64,000 bases of DNA from the NCBI GenBank assembly GCA_965228475.1, contig OZ245817.1, positions 4,384,001-4,448,000 of the forward strand. The letters are read 5' to 3'. Positions 18,737 to 27,835 of the stretch are shown here, one piece after another. Source of the stretch: Myxococcota bacterium (GTDB lineage Bacteria; Myxococcota_A; UBA9160; JAFDDA01). The notes under the pieces were generated by a model. That model was not told the origin of the DNA. It saw nothing but the letters and a program-made list of their open reading frames with translations, and searched no databases. The translations under genes and the position numbers were made by a program. Position 1 is the first letter of the stretch, and every line of letters begins with the position of its first letter.

Positions 18737-20833
18737 ATGACGTCGTGGCGGGAGAAGGCCGGGGGATGCGGGGGTCGCGGGTGTTCGGGGTGCGGGGGCC
18801 CCCGGCGCTGGCGGCGGACCGTCGAGGCCTTCCTGCTCGTGGCGATGGCATCGCTCGCTCCTTCCCGAACGCTCCTGGCCCAGACGGTGCCGGACGCCAC
18901 CTCCGCCGAAACGCCGCCGGGAGGTCACCTGCTGCTGCGCGCGGCGGATGGCAGCGAGAGCGTCGCGCCGGTGCTCGAGGTCGACGTCGTCCTGCGCGTC
19001 GCGGGCATGGTGGCCCGGGGGAGCGTTTCGCAACGCTTCGCGAACCCGAGCGATCGCTGGCTCGAGGCGCTCTACGTCTTCCCGCTCCCCGAGCATGCGG
19101 CGGTCGACGGCCTGCGCATGCAGATCGGCGAGCGGCGCATCGAAGGGGAGATCCGCGAGCGCGAACAGGCGCGGCGCGTCTACGAGGCGGCGCGGGCGAA
19201 CGGGCAGCGCGCTTCGCTGCTCGAGCAGCACCGGCCGAACGCCTTCACCTCGCGGGTGGCGAACATCCCGCCCCGCTCCGAGATCCGCGTCGAGATCGAT
19301 TTCCAGCAGTCCGTCGCGTACCGCGACGGGGAGTTCGACCTGCGGCTCCCCTGGATCGTGGCCCCTCGCTACTTCCCGCCGGGAGCGACGAGCGGCGAAG
19401 CGGTTGCGGACGACGCGGCGATGCTCTCCCGTGAGGCCGCGGCGGCGGCGGCGGCGGAGGGCGTGGCGCCCGACGTCGCGCTCGCGATCGATCTCGACCC
19501 CGGCGTCGCCCTCGACGCGATCGAGAGCCCGACCCACGCGCTGCGCTTCGAACACCTCGATGCCAACCGCCTGCTCGTCACCCTCGAGGACGACACCGTA
19601 CCCGCGGACCGCGACTTCGTGCTCCGCTGGCGCCCGACGCCGGGCCGCCAGCCGATGGCGAGCCTCTTTCGCGAGGAGCGCGACGGGGAGCACTACCTGC
19701 TGCTCATGCTACTCCCCCCGGCCGCGTCTGAAGCGGAGGGCCCACCCGCGCGTGCGCCGGAAGCGCGGGAGATCGTCTTCGTGATCGACACCTCGGGCTC
19801 CATGGGCGGCGCCTCGATCGTGCAGGCGCGCGCGGCGCTCCGCCTCGCGATCGAACGCCTCGAACCCCGCGACCGCTTCAACCTCATCGCGTTCGCTTCC
19901 GAAACCCGAACGCTCTTCCCGAAGTCGACCCACGCCGACCCGGGCGCCGTCGAGAGGGCTCTCGACTTCGTCGACGGCCTCGAAGCGGGCGGGGGAACCG
20001 ACATGCTCCCGGCCCTGCTTGCCGCCCTGCGCGACGAACGCGGCGGGGACGGCCTGCGCCAGATCGTCTTCGTGACCGACGGCTGCGTCGGCAACGAGGC
20101 GCAGCTCTTCTCGGCGGTCCGCGCGGGGCTCGGACGCTCGCGCCTGTTCACCGTCGGCATCGGGAGCGCACCGAACGGACACTTCATGGACGGGGCGGCG
20201 CGCTTCGGGCGCGGCGCACGGGTCTCGATCGCTTCTCCGGAGGAGGTCGGAACGAGGATGGAAGCGCTCTTCGCGAAGCTCGAGCGGCCGGCGCTGACGG
20301 AGCTCGAGATCGCGTGGCCGGACCGCACCGAGAGCTGGCCCGCGCGGCTGCCCGACCTCTACTTCGGCGAGCCGCTCGTCGTCACCGCACGCGTCTCGCG
20401 TTTCCTCGGCGACGTCCGGGTCTCCGGGATTCTCGGCGGCCGGCCGTGGGAAGCGGCGCTCCCCTTCACCCCGGGCCGCAGCGAACTCGGCATCGAGAAG
20501 CTCTTCGGGCGGCGCAAGATCGCAGCCCGCATGGATGGGCTCATCACCGGCGATTCGGAGGAACACGTGAAGCGTGACGTCCTGGAAACCGCCCTCGAAC
20601 ACGGCCTCGTCTCCCGGTACACGAGCCTCGTGGCGGTCGAGCGAACGCCCGCGAGGCCGCTCGGCGAAGGGCTCGCCGAGGGCCGGGTCGCACCGGGGAC
20701 GCCGGCCGGCTTCGTACTTCCCCAGGGCGCGACGCCCGCACCGCTCTGGCTCGCCTGGGCGCTGACCTCTGGCCTCGCCGGAGTCGGCTTCGCCCTGCGA
20801 GCGCGCTGGACGGCGCAACGAGAACGGCCGTGA
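18737..20833 (+). CDS. VIT + von Willebrand A domain sortase-target protein
   Basis: VIT (YVFPLPEHAAVDGLRMQIGERRIEGEI), vWA MIDAS DTSGSM and FVTDG; C-terminal LPQGAT + TM + basic tail; AAGGAG RBS. Confidence 0.88.
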   Translation: MTSWREKAGGCGGRGCSGCGGPRRWRRTVEAFLLVAMASLAPSRTLLAQTVPDATSAETPPGGHLLLRAADGSESVAPVLEVDVVLRVAGMVARGSVSQRFANPSDRWLEALYVFPLPEHAAVDGLRMQIGERRIEGEIREREQARRVYEAARANGQRASLLEQHRPNAFTSRVANIPPRSEIRVEIDFQQSVAYRDGEFDLRLPWIVAPRYFPPGATSGEAVADDAAMLSREAAAAAAAEGVAPDVALAIDLDPGVALDAIESPTHALRFEHLDANRLLVTLEDDTVPADRDFVLRWRPTPGRQPMASLFREERDGEHYLLLMLLPPAASEAEGPPARAPEAREIVFVIDTSGSMGGASIVQARAALRLAIERLEPRDRFNLIAFASETRTLFPKSTHADPGAVERALDFVDGLEAGGGTDMLPALLAALRDERGGDGLRQIVFVTDGCVGNEAQLFSAVRAGLGRSRLFTVGIGSAPNGHFMDGAARFGRGARVSIASPEEVGTRMEALFAKLERPALTELEIAWPDRTESWPARLPDLYFGEPLVVTARVSRFLGDVRVSGILGGRPWEAALPFTPGRSELGIEKLFGRRKIAARMDGLITGDSEEHVKRDVLETALEHGLVSRYTSLVAVERTPARPLGEGLAEGRVAPGTPAGFVLPQGATPAPLWLAWALTSGLAGVGFALRARWTAQRERP

Positions 20834-21423
20834 CGGCGCGTGCCGCGGCGGCAGCGTGCGGACTGTTCGCGGCGGTCTGCGCAGCGAACGCGCTGTGGCT
20901 TCCGGCGAAAGCCGCGCTCGCCCAGGTGCTCCTCGACGCGGCGTACCAGCGGACCCTCCTCGCCGGGAACGCCGCGCGCCCGTGGCCGTGGTCCGATGCC
21001 TGGCCGGTCGCGCGCATCGAAGCGCCGGAGCGTGGGCAGCGCTTCGTCGTCCTCTCCGATGCCTCGGGGCGCTCGCTCGCCTTTGCGCCCGGCCACCTTT
21101 CGGGAACGGCCCTTCCGGGAGGTGCCGGCACGAGCATCGTCGCCGGGCACCGCGACACGCACTTCGCGTTCCTGCGCGAGCTCGTCGCGGGGGATCTGGT
21201 GACGGTCGAAGACGCACGCGGCGGGCACCATCGCTTCCGGGTGCGGGAGACCGCCGTGGTGCACGAACGCGACGCGCGCGTCGCGGGCGTGGGCGTCGCG
21301 GACCGGCTCGTGCTCGTGACCTGCTGGCCCTTCGACGCCGTGCGCCCCGGAACGAAGTGGCGCTACGTCGTGATCGCCGAGCGGGAGGACGCCGCGCCCG
21401 CGATCCCCTCGCGGCGCGTCTAG
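20830..21423 (+). CDS. Class GN (Gram-negative) sortase
   Basis: AKAALAQVLL, PWPWSDAWPVARI, GHRDTHF, LVTCWPF, RYVV (His/Cys/Arg triad). Confidence 0.9.
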   Translation: MTARAAAAACGLFAAVCAANALWLPAKAALAQVLLDAAYQRTLLAGNAARPWPWSDAWPVARIEAPERGQRFVVLSDASGRSLAFAPGHLSGTALPGGAGTSIVAGHRDTHFAFLRELVAGDLVTVEDARGGHHRFRVRETAVVHERDARVAGVGVADRLVLVTCWPFDAVRPGTKWRYVVIAEREDAAPAIPSRRV

Positions 21424-21438
21424 CTGCAGCCCTCCCGG

Positions 21439-22218
21439 CTACTCGCGCGTCATGCGGGCCAGCAGTTCGCCGAGCCGGCGCGGCACTTCGTTCAGCATCC
21501 CGAGGGAAGCGGTCGCGCGCGGCAGGCGGACGTGGCGCCGGTCGTTCTTCACGGCATCGATGATCGCGTCCACGACCTGCGACACCGGCATCTGGACCTC
21601 CTTCGCGCCCTTGCCGCCGCGGAGCTTCGCGTAGGGGCCGTAAGCCTGGGTGGCGTCGTCCATCTCCGTTGCCGCGCTCCCGATCTCGACCAGCGTCGTG
21701 CCGATGCCGCGCCCCGAGAGGTCGACACGCAGCCCGGCCGTGTAGTGGGACAGGCCGGCCTTGCTCGCGCCGTAGTAGACGAGCCCGGGGGGCGCTAGGA
21801 TCGCCGCGATCGAGGACATGTTCACCACGTGGCCGCCGCCCCGCTCGAGCCAGCGCGGAATGAGCTTCGCCGTGATCTGCATCGGCGCGAGCAGGTTCGT
21901 CTGGACGATCTGCTCGATCTCTTCGGGCGAGTTGTCGAGCATGTGCTTCACGTGGGAGACGCCGGCGTTGTTCACGAGCACGTCGATCGGCCCGGCCTCG
22001 CTCTCGACGCGATCGACGAGGCCGAGCACCTGCTCGCGGTCCATCAGATCGCAGACGTGCGCGGTGCCCCCGTGCTGGCCGACGAGCTCCTCGAGCGGTT
22101 CGGCTTTCCGCGCGGAGAGCGCGAGGACGCACCCCTCGCGTGCGAAGGCCTCGACCATCCCGCGCCCGAGCCCGCGCGAGGCCCCGGTGATGAGTACGCG
22201 CTTGCCTCGAAGATCCAC
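21439..22218 (-). CDS. Short-chain dehydrogenase/reductase
   Basis: TGASRGLG, NNAG, YGASK; GTG start at 22218. Confidence 0.9.
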   Translation of the reverse strand: MDLRGKRVLITGASRGLGRGMVEAFAREGCVLALSARKAEPLEELVGQHGGTAHVCDLMDREQVLGLVDRVESEAGPIDVLVNNAGVSHVKHMLDNSPEEIEQIVQTNLLAPMQITAKLIPRWLERGGGHVVNMSSIAAILAPPGLVYYGASKAGLSHYTAGLRVDLSGRGIGTTLVEIGSAATEMDDATQAYGPYAKLRGGKGAKEVQMPVSQVVDAIIDAVKNDRRHVRLPRATASLGMLNEVPRRLGELLARMTRE

Positions 22219-22232
22219 CTTTCGCTCCTCGC

Positions 22233-22820
22233 TCAGGGAACCGCGAAGCCGCGCGCATCCTCGCTCCACGCGGGAGCGTTGCGCACGGCCTCGAGAACCT
22301 CGTCCGAAGTTTCGACGACGGACCACATCTCACGGTGCCGCTCGTCCATGAACCGTTCCTCGACCGCGGATTCGAGCAGGCGGATCGCCGGGTCGTAGAA
22401 GCCGCGCACGTTCACCAGCACGATCGGGTTCGCATAGAGCCCGAGCCGCTTCCAGGTGATCGCCTCGAAGAGCTCCTCGAAGGTTCCGCAGCCCCCGGGC
22501 AGGGCGACGATCGCGTCGGCCCGGTCGATCATCAGCCGCTTGCGTTCGTGGAGATCCGCCACGACGTGCAGGTCCGTCAGGCGGGGGTGGCCCCACTCGA
22601 GGTCGTGCATGAAGCGGGGTAGGACGCCTTCGACCCGGCCGCCGCGCGCCAGGGCGCCGTCCGCGAGCGCGCCCATCGAGCCGACCGCGCCGCCGCCGTA
22701 GACGACGGTCGCACCGGCTTCCGCCAGAAGTTCGCCCAGGCGGCCCGCCGACTCCCGGAACGCCGGGTCGGCCTGCCGGCTCGACGCGCAGTAGACGGTG
22801 ACGGTGGAAGGCGTCGACAT
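22233..22820 (-). CDS. LOG family nucleotide phosphoribohydrolase
   Basis: VYGGGAVGSMG, LHERKRLM, LPGGCGTFEELFE. Confidence 0.9.
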   Translation of the reverse strand: MSTPSTVTVYCASSRQADPAFRESAGRLGELLAEAGATVVYGGGAVGSMGALADGALARGGRVEGVLPRFMHDLEWGHPRLTDLHVVADLHERKRLMIDRADAIVALPGGCGTFEELFEAITWKRLGLYANPIVLVNVRGFYDPAIRLLESAVEERFMDERHREMWSVVETSDEVLEAVRNAPAWSEDARGFAVP

Positions 22821-23062
22821 CGCTCGGGTTCCCTGGGCTCGGGGCCTGAAAGACCCCGGGTTCGGGGCTAGAAAGAAGATGGGCCGAGCTTAGCCCGCCC
22901 CGCTGCAGGTGGCGTGCTGCATCGGCGGGTTCGTGGCGGCGAAGTGCGGCGGGCGGTGAATCAAACCGGAACCGGTTGCGTCCGTTCGGGTTGAACGGGA
23001 GTCGACGAAGTGGCCCCGGGACGTCCCGGCCACCCCGCTCCCGCCTTCCGGAAGGAGGATCC

Positions 23063-23563
23063 ATGGTCCCCGCTTCGACCCGCCCCTTCGGGCCCGCCGC
23101 CCGCTGGCCTTCGGCGCTGACGGCCCTCGCGCTGGCCCTCGGTCTCACGGCGTGTGTGGCCTCGGCGCCGCGAAACGTTTCAACCGCCTCGGGGCTCGCC
23201 GAGGAATCGCGCGCCGCGATCGAAGACGGCGTCCGCCTCTACGAGGCGGGCGAGTACGCCATGGCAGCGCGACGCTTCGGCGACGGCGCGAGCATGGCCG
23301 ACCGCATGGGCGACGATGCCCTCGCCTGGCGCTCCGTCGCCGCCGAGTGCACGAGCTGGCTGCTCGCGCGGCTCCTGCGCGAGTTCGACGCCTGCAGCGG
23401 CCGGCTCGAGACCGCCCAGCGCCGCGCCCACGAAACGAGCGGCGGCACGAACGCCCTGATCTCCCTCGGCGCCGTCGCCGGGGGCCGCGGACAGCCCGCC
23501 GTGAACGTCCCCCGGGCCGTGCGCAGCGTCGTGCGCCACCGCCCGCAGCCGGAGGACTTCTGA
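23063..23563 (+). CDS. Hypothetical helical lipoprotein (gene 1 of motor operon)
   Basis: AGGAGG RBS, lipobox LTAC, TPR-like helices. Confidence 0.7.
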   Translation: MVPASTRPFGPAARWPSALTALALALGLTACVASAPRNVSTASGLAEESRAAIEDGVRLYEAGEYAMAARRFGDGASMADRMGDDALAWRSVAAECTSWLLARLLREFDACSGRLETAQRRAHETSGGTNALISLGAVAGGRGQPAVNVPRAVRSVVRHRPQPEDF

Positions 23564-23592
23564 TGTCCCCCACGAACCGACTCCGCTCGCCC

Positions 23593-23634
23593 CGCGCAAC
23601 GCGCCGCTCGCTTCGCACAACGCGCCGTTCGCTT
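23593..23634 (+). repeat. 21-bp tandem duplication (2 copies, 19/21 identical)
   Basis: cgcgcaacgcgccgctcgctt / cgcacaacgcgccgttcgctt. Confidence 0.7.
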
Positions 23635-23649
23635 CGCCGAGGAATTCCC

Positions 23650-24594
23650 ATGCTTCACCGCATCTCCCTGCTCGCCGTGTTCGCAGCGGCTCCGCTCGTC
23701 ACCTCCCTCGCCCTGCCCGCCAGCGTCACCGCCGCTGGCCGGGAACGCGCCTCCGAACTCATCCCGGAGCTGATGGGGCGGATCCTCGAATCCCAGGAGC
23801 AGATCCGCGAGCGCGAGGGCGAGTACTCGCCGCTCATCCAGCGCTACAACGAGAAGCTCGTCGCTTCGCGCCAGGCCATCCAGGACGCCGGCTCCGACGA
23901 GGTCGCCGCCGAGGCCCTCGTCGACTACGTCGAGACCTATGCGGCCCGGCTCGAGGTCCAGGAGGAGGGGCTCGACGGGATCCGCTCCTCCCTCGTGCGC
24001 ATGCGCGCCGATGCACGCGAGCTCGTGCGCGTGGCCGAGCGCTCGGGCGCCCGCGGCGAGGAATCGCCGGACGAGCGCAAGCCGTTCTACGAAGACCAGT
24101 TCCAGGGCGTCGCCGCGGGAACCGCCGAGCTCGCCGAGCGACTCGGCCGCGAGGCGGAGATCGCCACCACGGGCTCGGTGCTCCAGGCCGCGTGGGCCGT
24201 GCACGGGGAGATGGCGATCCCCCTGCCGGAGCTCGGACCGGACAGCGCCCTCGCCTTCGCGCGACGGGTGGAGGGGCTCTACGCCCAGTACCAGGCCCGC
24301 GCGAACCAACTGCGGACCGAACGCCGCGCGACGCGCCGGCTGCTCGACCTGCTGATCGAGCGCCAGCTCGGCCAGCGGCTCGACGCCCTGTTCGCCGGCA
24401 ACGAATCCGTCGGCCTCGGCGCGCTGCTCTCCGCCGAGGGCAAGACGGAAGACTGGAACGATCTCGGCCGCGTGGTTTCGCGCGTGGTCGGCATGCCCAA
24501 CTACGACGCCGATGGAGACGGACGCGACGACGCCTACGAGCGCCTCGACTTCTTCGCCCGCGGCGTCCACCGGGACGAGGAGAAGGTGCGATGA
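23650..24594 (+). CDS. Exported coiled-coil hypothetical protein (gene 2)
   Basis: Signal peptide MLHRISLLAVF..; long E/R/Q-rich helices; alternative in-frame ATG at 23563. Confidence 0.75.
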   Translation: MLHRISLLAVFAAAPLVTSLALPASVTAAGRERASELIPELMGRILESQEQIREREGEYSPLIQRYNEKLVASRQAIQDAGSDEVAAEALVDYVETYAARLEVQEEGLDGIRSSLVRMRADARELVRVAERSGARGEESPDERKPFYEDQFQGVAAGTAELAERLGREAEIATTGSVLQAAWAVHGEMAIPLPELGPDSALAFARRVEGLYAQYQARANQLRTERRATRRLLDLLIERQLGQRLDALFAGNESVGLGALLSAEGKTEDWNDLGRVVSRVVGMPNYDADGDGRDDAYERLDFFARGVHRDEEKVR

Positions 24595-25073
24595 AGTCCT
24601 TCCAGACGAAGCTTCGGTTCTCCAAAGCGCGACGCCGTGCGCTCGGCCGCTTCACCGCGGCGGCCATGCTCGCCGGCGCGGGCCTTTTCCTCGCCGCTCC
24701 CGCCCAGGCGGACTCGTGCCGCGAGTGGCGCGTCGAGCACCACGAGTGGAAGAGCGAGGCCGTCCGCCGCTACCTCGACGGCTCGCCGGGCAAGGACCTC
24801 GACAACGCGGTCTTCGAGATGCTCCAGCGCGAGGCCTACCTGACCTCCTGCAACATGCCCGTCCGCCGGGCGCGGCAGGCGTTCGTCGGCTGGCGGCTCG
24901 TCGGGCGCGGCGCGGACGAGTACGGCCGCGCGGTGGTCGAGTCCCTGCTCGAGGAAGCGGGGATGGACCTCACCGTGCGCAACTGGTTCGGTCCGATGCT
25001 CGGTGCTGCCGGCCCGACCGCGAGCCTCGCGGACCCCGCCTACGGCGACCCGACGGGCTCGACCCGGCGCTAG
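24591..25073 (+). CDS. Exported hypothetical protein (gene 3)
   Basis: ATGA overlap; basic N-region, hydrophobic stretch, AQA cleavage site; two Cys. Confidence 0.7.
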   Translation: MKSFQTKLRFSKARRRALGRFTAAAMLAGAGLFLAAPAQADSCREWRVEHHEWKSEAVRRYLDGSPGKDLDNAVFEMLQREAYLTSCNMPVRRARQAFVGWRLVGRGADEYGRAVVESLLEEAGMDLTVRNWFGPMLGAAGPTASLADPAYGDPTGSTRR

Positions 25074-25076
25074 CCG

Positions 25077-25595
25077 ATGCGCGGGACCTTCGTCGCAGCC
25101 TGTCTCGGCGTGCTCGCCGCGGCGCCGGTCGTCGCACTGGCGGTCGCCGGCGTTTCGCCCGGCGAGCTGCCGGGCGCGAGCGTCCGCGGGCTGCGCAACG
25201 AGGTCGCCTCGGTCGGCTGGGTGCTCGTCCCGCAGCTCGTGCTCGCGGTGGCGATCCTCGGCCTGGCGCTCCAGCAGGCGGTGCGCCGCGCCGCGCGGCT
25301 CGAGCGCCTGACGCCGCCGGGATGGCTCTCGCCGGCGGTCGAGTCGGCCCTGCTGCTCGGCCTGCTCGGCACGATCAGCGGCATGGTGGCCGGCTTCCTC
25401 GGAACGTCGCCGGACGCCCTCGAGCCCGGACCGCTCGTGCACGGGCTCGGCGCCGCACTGCGCAGCACCTTCGTCGGCTTCGCCATCGCCCTGGTCGGCG
25501 TCTGGCTGAAGCAGGACGAACCGAACGTCTCAAGGGAGGGGCCTCCGTTTCCGCCACACCTCTCCCCGAGCGGTCGGCCGGGGAGTCTTCCGTGA
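25077..25595 (+). CDS. Compact MotA/TolQ/ExbB proton-channel family protein (gene 4)
   Basis: LLGLLGTISGMVAGF and GLGAALRSTFVGFAIA match the two conserved TolQ/ExbB helices. Confidence 0.8.
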   Translation: MRGTFVAACLGVLAAAPVVALAVAGVSPGELPGASVRGLRNEVASVGWVLVPQLVLAVAILGLALQQAVRRAARLERLTPPGWLSPAVESALLLGLLGTISGMVAGFLGTSPDALEPGPLVHGLGAALRSTFVGFAIALVGVWLKQDEPNVSREGPPFPPHLSPSGRPGSLP

Positions 25596-25987
25596 GCGGA
25601 AGCTCCCCGGTCGGCTACGCGCTCTACTTCATCGACGTCCTCGCATGCCTGCTCTTCTGCATCGTGCTCACGCTGGTGGGCGCGCGTTTCTCGACGGAGA
25701 CGACGGTCCTCGTCGACCTTCCGGATCTCGCGGGCTCCGCCGGCGTCGCCGCGGAACCGGATGCGCTCTCCGTGACGGTCCTCGAAGCGGACGGAACGAC
25801 GCGCTTCTACCTCGAGGACGAGGCCGTGTCCTTCGAAGAGCTGCGCGAACGCCTTCGCTTCGCCGCCCCGGAGACGGTGCGCATCCGCTCCGAAGAAACG
25901 GCCCTCGCCCGGGTGATCGGGCTGGCCCATGAGTCGGGCATCGGCGACGTCGAGCTCGCCTACGAAACGCGCGGAGGATCCCGATGA
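25592..25987 (+). CDS. ExbD/TolR family protein (gene 5)
   Basis: GTGA overlap; FIDVLACLLF with the conserved Asp, VDLP, periplasmic domain ending GIGDVEL. Confidence 0.8.
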   Translation: MSGSSPVGYALYFIDVLACLLFCIVLTLVGARFSTETTVLVDLPDLAGSAGVAAEPDALSVTVLEADGTTRFYLEDEAVSFEELRERLRFAAPETVRIRSEETALARVIGLAHESGIGDVELAYETRGGSR

Positions 25988-26613
25988 TTCGTTTTCTCAC
26001 GACCCTCGTGATCACACTCGCCCTCGCCGTGGCCGCGGCGGCCTGGTGGACCGGTGCGGACGATCCGGAGCCCGTCGCGATCGAAACGGGTGAGGCGAGC
26101 GCCGCGCTCGAGCCCGGTCTCACGCCGGTGGAACCCGAGGCCGCGCCGTCCGTCCCTGCCCTTCCCGAGTTGGCGAGTCCGGCGAGGACGGTCCCGGACC
26201 CGAAGCCGCCCGAGCCGGCCGCCCGCGAACTCCCGCCGATCCCGCCGATCCCGGCGCCCCACTTCGAGGCGCCTCCCGTGCGGACGCTCGCGGCCATCCC
26301 GGCGCCCGAGTTTGCGCGCCCCGAGCAGGAGCCGCCCCCCGAGGCGGCCGCCGCGCTCCCCGAAGAAACGCCGCCCGTCGAGGAAACGGAGCTTCCGACC
26401 CTTCCGGCCTTCGAGACCCCCGCGCCGGGCGAGCCCACGACCATCGAGGCGATTCTCGCCGCGAACCCGGACCTCGGACCGACCGCCGAGGAAGAGCTCG
26501 AGCAGTGGGAAGAGAGCCAGAAGACGGTCGCCCTGGGGAGCGAGCACGACCGAAGTGCCTCGCGCATCCGCCGGCTGCTCGACGTCTACGAAGGGTTGCG
26601 GGGGCGCCGCTAG
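25984..26613 (+). CDS. Membrane-anchored Pro/Glu-rich protein (gene 6)
   Basis: N-terminal TM, long Pro/Glu linker, short C-terminal helix. Confidence 0.72.
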   Translation: MIRFLTTLVITLALAVAAAAWWTGADDPEPVAIETGEASAALEPGLTPVEPEAAPSVPALPELASPARTVPDPKPPEPAARELPPIPPIPAPHFEAPPVRTLAAIPAPEFARPEQEPPPEAAAALPEETPPVEETELPTLPAFETPAPGEPTTIEAILAANPDLGPTAEEELEQWEESQKTVALGSEHDRSASRIRRLLDVYEGLRGRR

Positions 26614-27737
26614 TGCCGACCGATCGCGCCATCCGCTGGGCCTGTCAGCTCGTGGTCATCGTCTGGCTCGCCACCGCCCTCGGCTGGCGCGAGCTTGCGC
26701 CGCGCGAGGTGCGCGTCGCGGTGCAGCCGACCTCGGTCGAGGCCGTCGCGCTCCCGCCAGTACCGGCCGCCGAACCCGAGGAAGAGACCGAGGCGGAGCC
26801 CGAAAACGCCGCGGCGCCCGAACCCGCTGCCCCCGAGATCGCCGAGGCGCCCGAGCCCGAACCGGCACCGCCCGAGCCGGCCGAGGCGCCCGAACCCGAG
26901 CCCGCCCCGCCCGAAGTCGCCGAAGCGCCGGTGCCGGAGGCACTTCCCGAGCCCGAACCCGAGCCCGCCCCGGTGGACGTCGCCGAGGCCCCCGAGCCCG
27001 AGCCCATCGAAGCGGCCGAGATCCCCGAGCTCGCTGCGGCGGAGGAGCCCGAGCCCCTCGAAGCGGAGCCTGCCCCCCTCGAACCGGCCGAGCTCCCCGA
27101 GGCGGACCCGGCCCCGCTCGAGGTCGCCGAAGCCCCGGCGCCCGAACCCGCGCCTACTCTAGAAGCTCCCCTCGCCGCTCCGCCCCTCCCCCTCCAGACC
27201 GTCAGCGAGGCCGACGTCGCCCGGGGCGGAACGCTGCTCACCGGGGACGAAGGCTTCCCCGTGCTCGAGAGCCGCTACGAGGCCTTCGGGAGCTTCGGCG
27301 ACTACGCCCGCGCGATGCAGGCCCTCGGAGCCCGCTTCGTCGTGGTGGAGCGCCACGCCATCCTGGGAACGATCGACCCGTGGACCCTCGAGGCCGGCAC
27401 CCTGGCCGACGCCGCCGCCCTCTCTCCCCGCGCCCGCGACTACGCGGGGGAGCCCGCCCTGCTCGCCGCCAGCCGCACCGTCCGTCGCCGCCACGGGAAC
27501 CGGGCCGAGATCATGATGCTCGTGCCGCGCCGCATCGACGCGGCCCTCTTCGGCGGCATCACCCGGGCCCTCGAAGCGCGGGGCCGCGCACCGGGCGCCT
27601 ACCGGCAGATCCTGGCCCGGTACGAACGCGGGCCGGGCGGAAGCCTCCGCCTGCGGGTCGAGGCGGCGGTCGGCAAGGATGGCCGCAAGGAACCCCTCCC
27701 GCTGCTCTTCGACCTCTCCCGGCTCGTCCGCACCTGA
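26613..27737 (+). CDS. TonB/TolA-like Pro/Glu-repeat protein with unrecognised C-terminal domain (gene 7)
   Basis: GTG overlapping previous TAG; TM; repeated AEAPEPEPAP; globular C-terminal ~170 aa. Confidence 0.75.
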   Translation: MPTDRAIRWACQLVVIVWLATALGWRELAPREVRVAVQPTSVEAVALPPVPAAEPEEETEAEPENAAAPEPAAPEIAEAPEPEPAPPEPAEAPEPEPAPPEVAEAPVPEALPEPEPEPAPVDVAEAPEPEPIEAAEIPELAAAEEPEPLEAEPAPLEPAELPEADPAPLEVAEAPAPEPAPTLEAPLAAPPLPLQTVSEADVARGGTLLTGDEGFPVLESRYEAFGSFGDYARAMQALGARFVVVERHAILGTIDPWTLEAGTLADAAALSPRARDYAGEPALLAASRTVRRRHGNRAEIMMLVPRRIDAALFGGITRALEARGRAPGAYRQILARYERGPGGSLRLRVEAAVGKDGRKEPLPLLFDLSRLVRT

Positions 27738-27835
27738 GGCCCCGCCGGGTTCGCATCCGCGATGCCGGCGAGCTGCGCTTCCCCCCGGAGGCCGCTCGGT
27801 GTTAGTTTGGGCCCCTACCGTTTCAGGGGGTCCCC

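Noticed and set aside
25077..25987. Zorya ZorAB or flagellar MotAB
   Set aside because: No long ZorA tail, no OmpA-like PG-binding domain on the B subunit, no zorC/D/E or flagellar genes
26770..27170. DNA repeats suggesting a repeat array
   Set aside because: They encode the EPEPAP linker of the TonB-like protein
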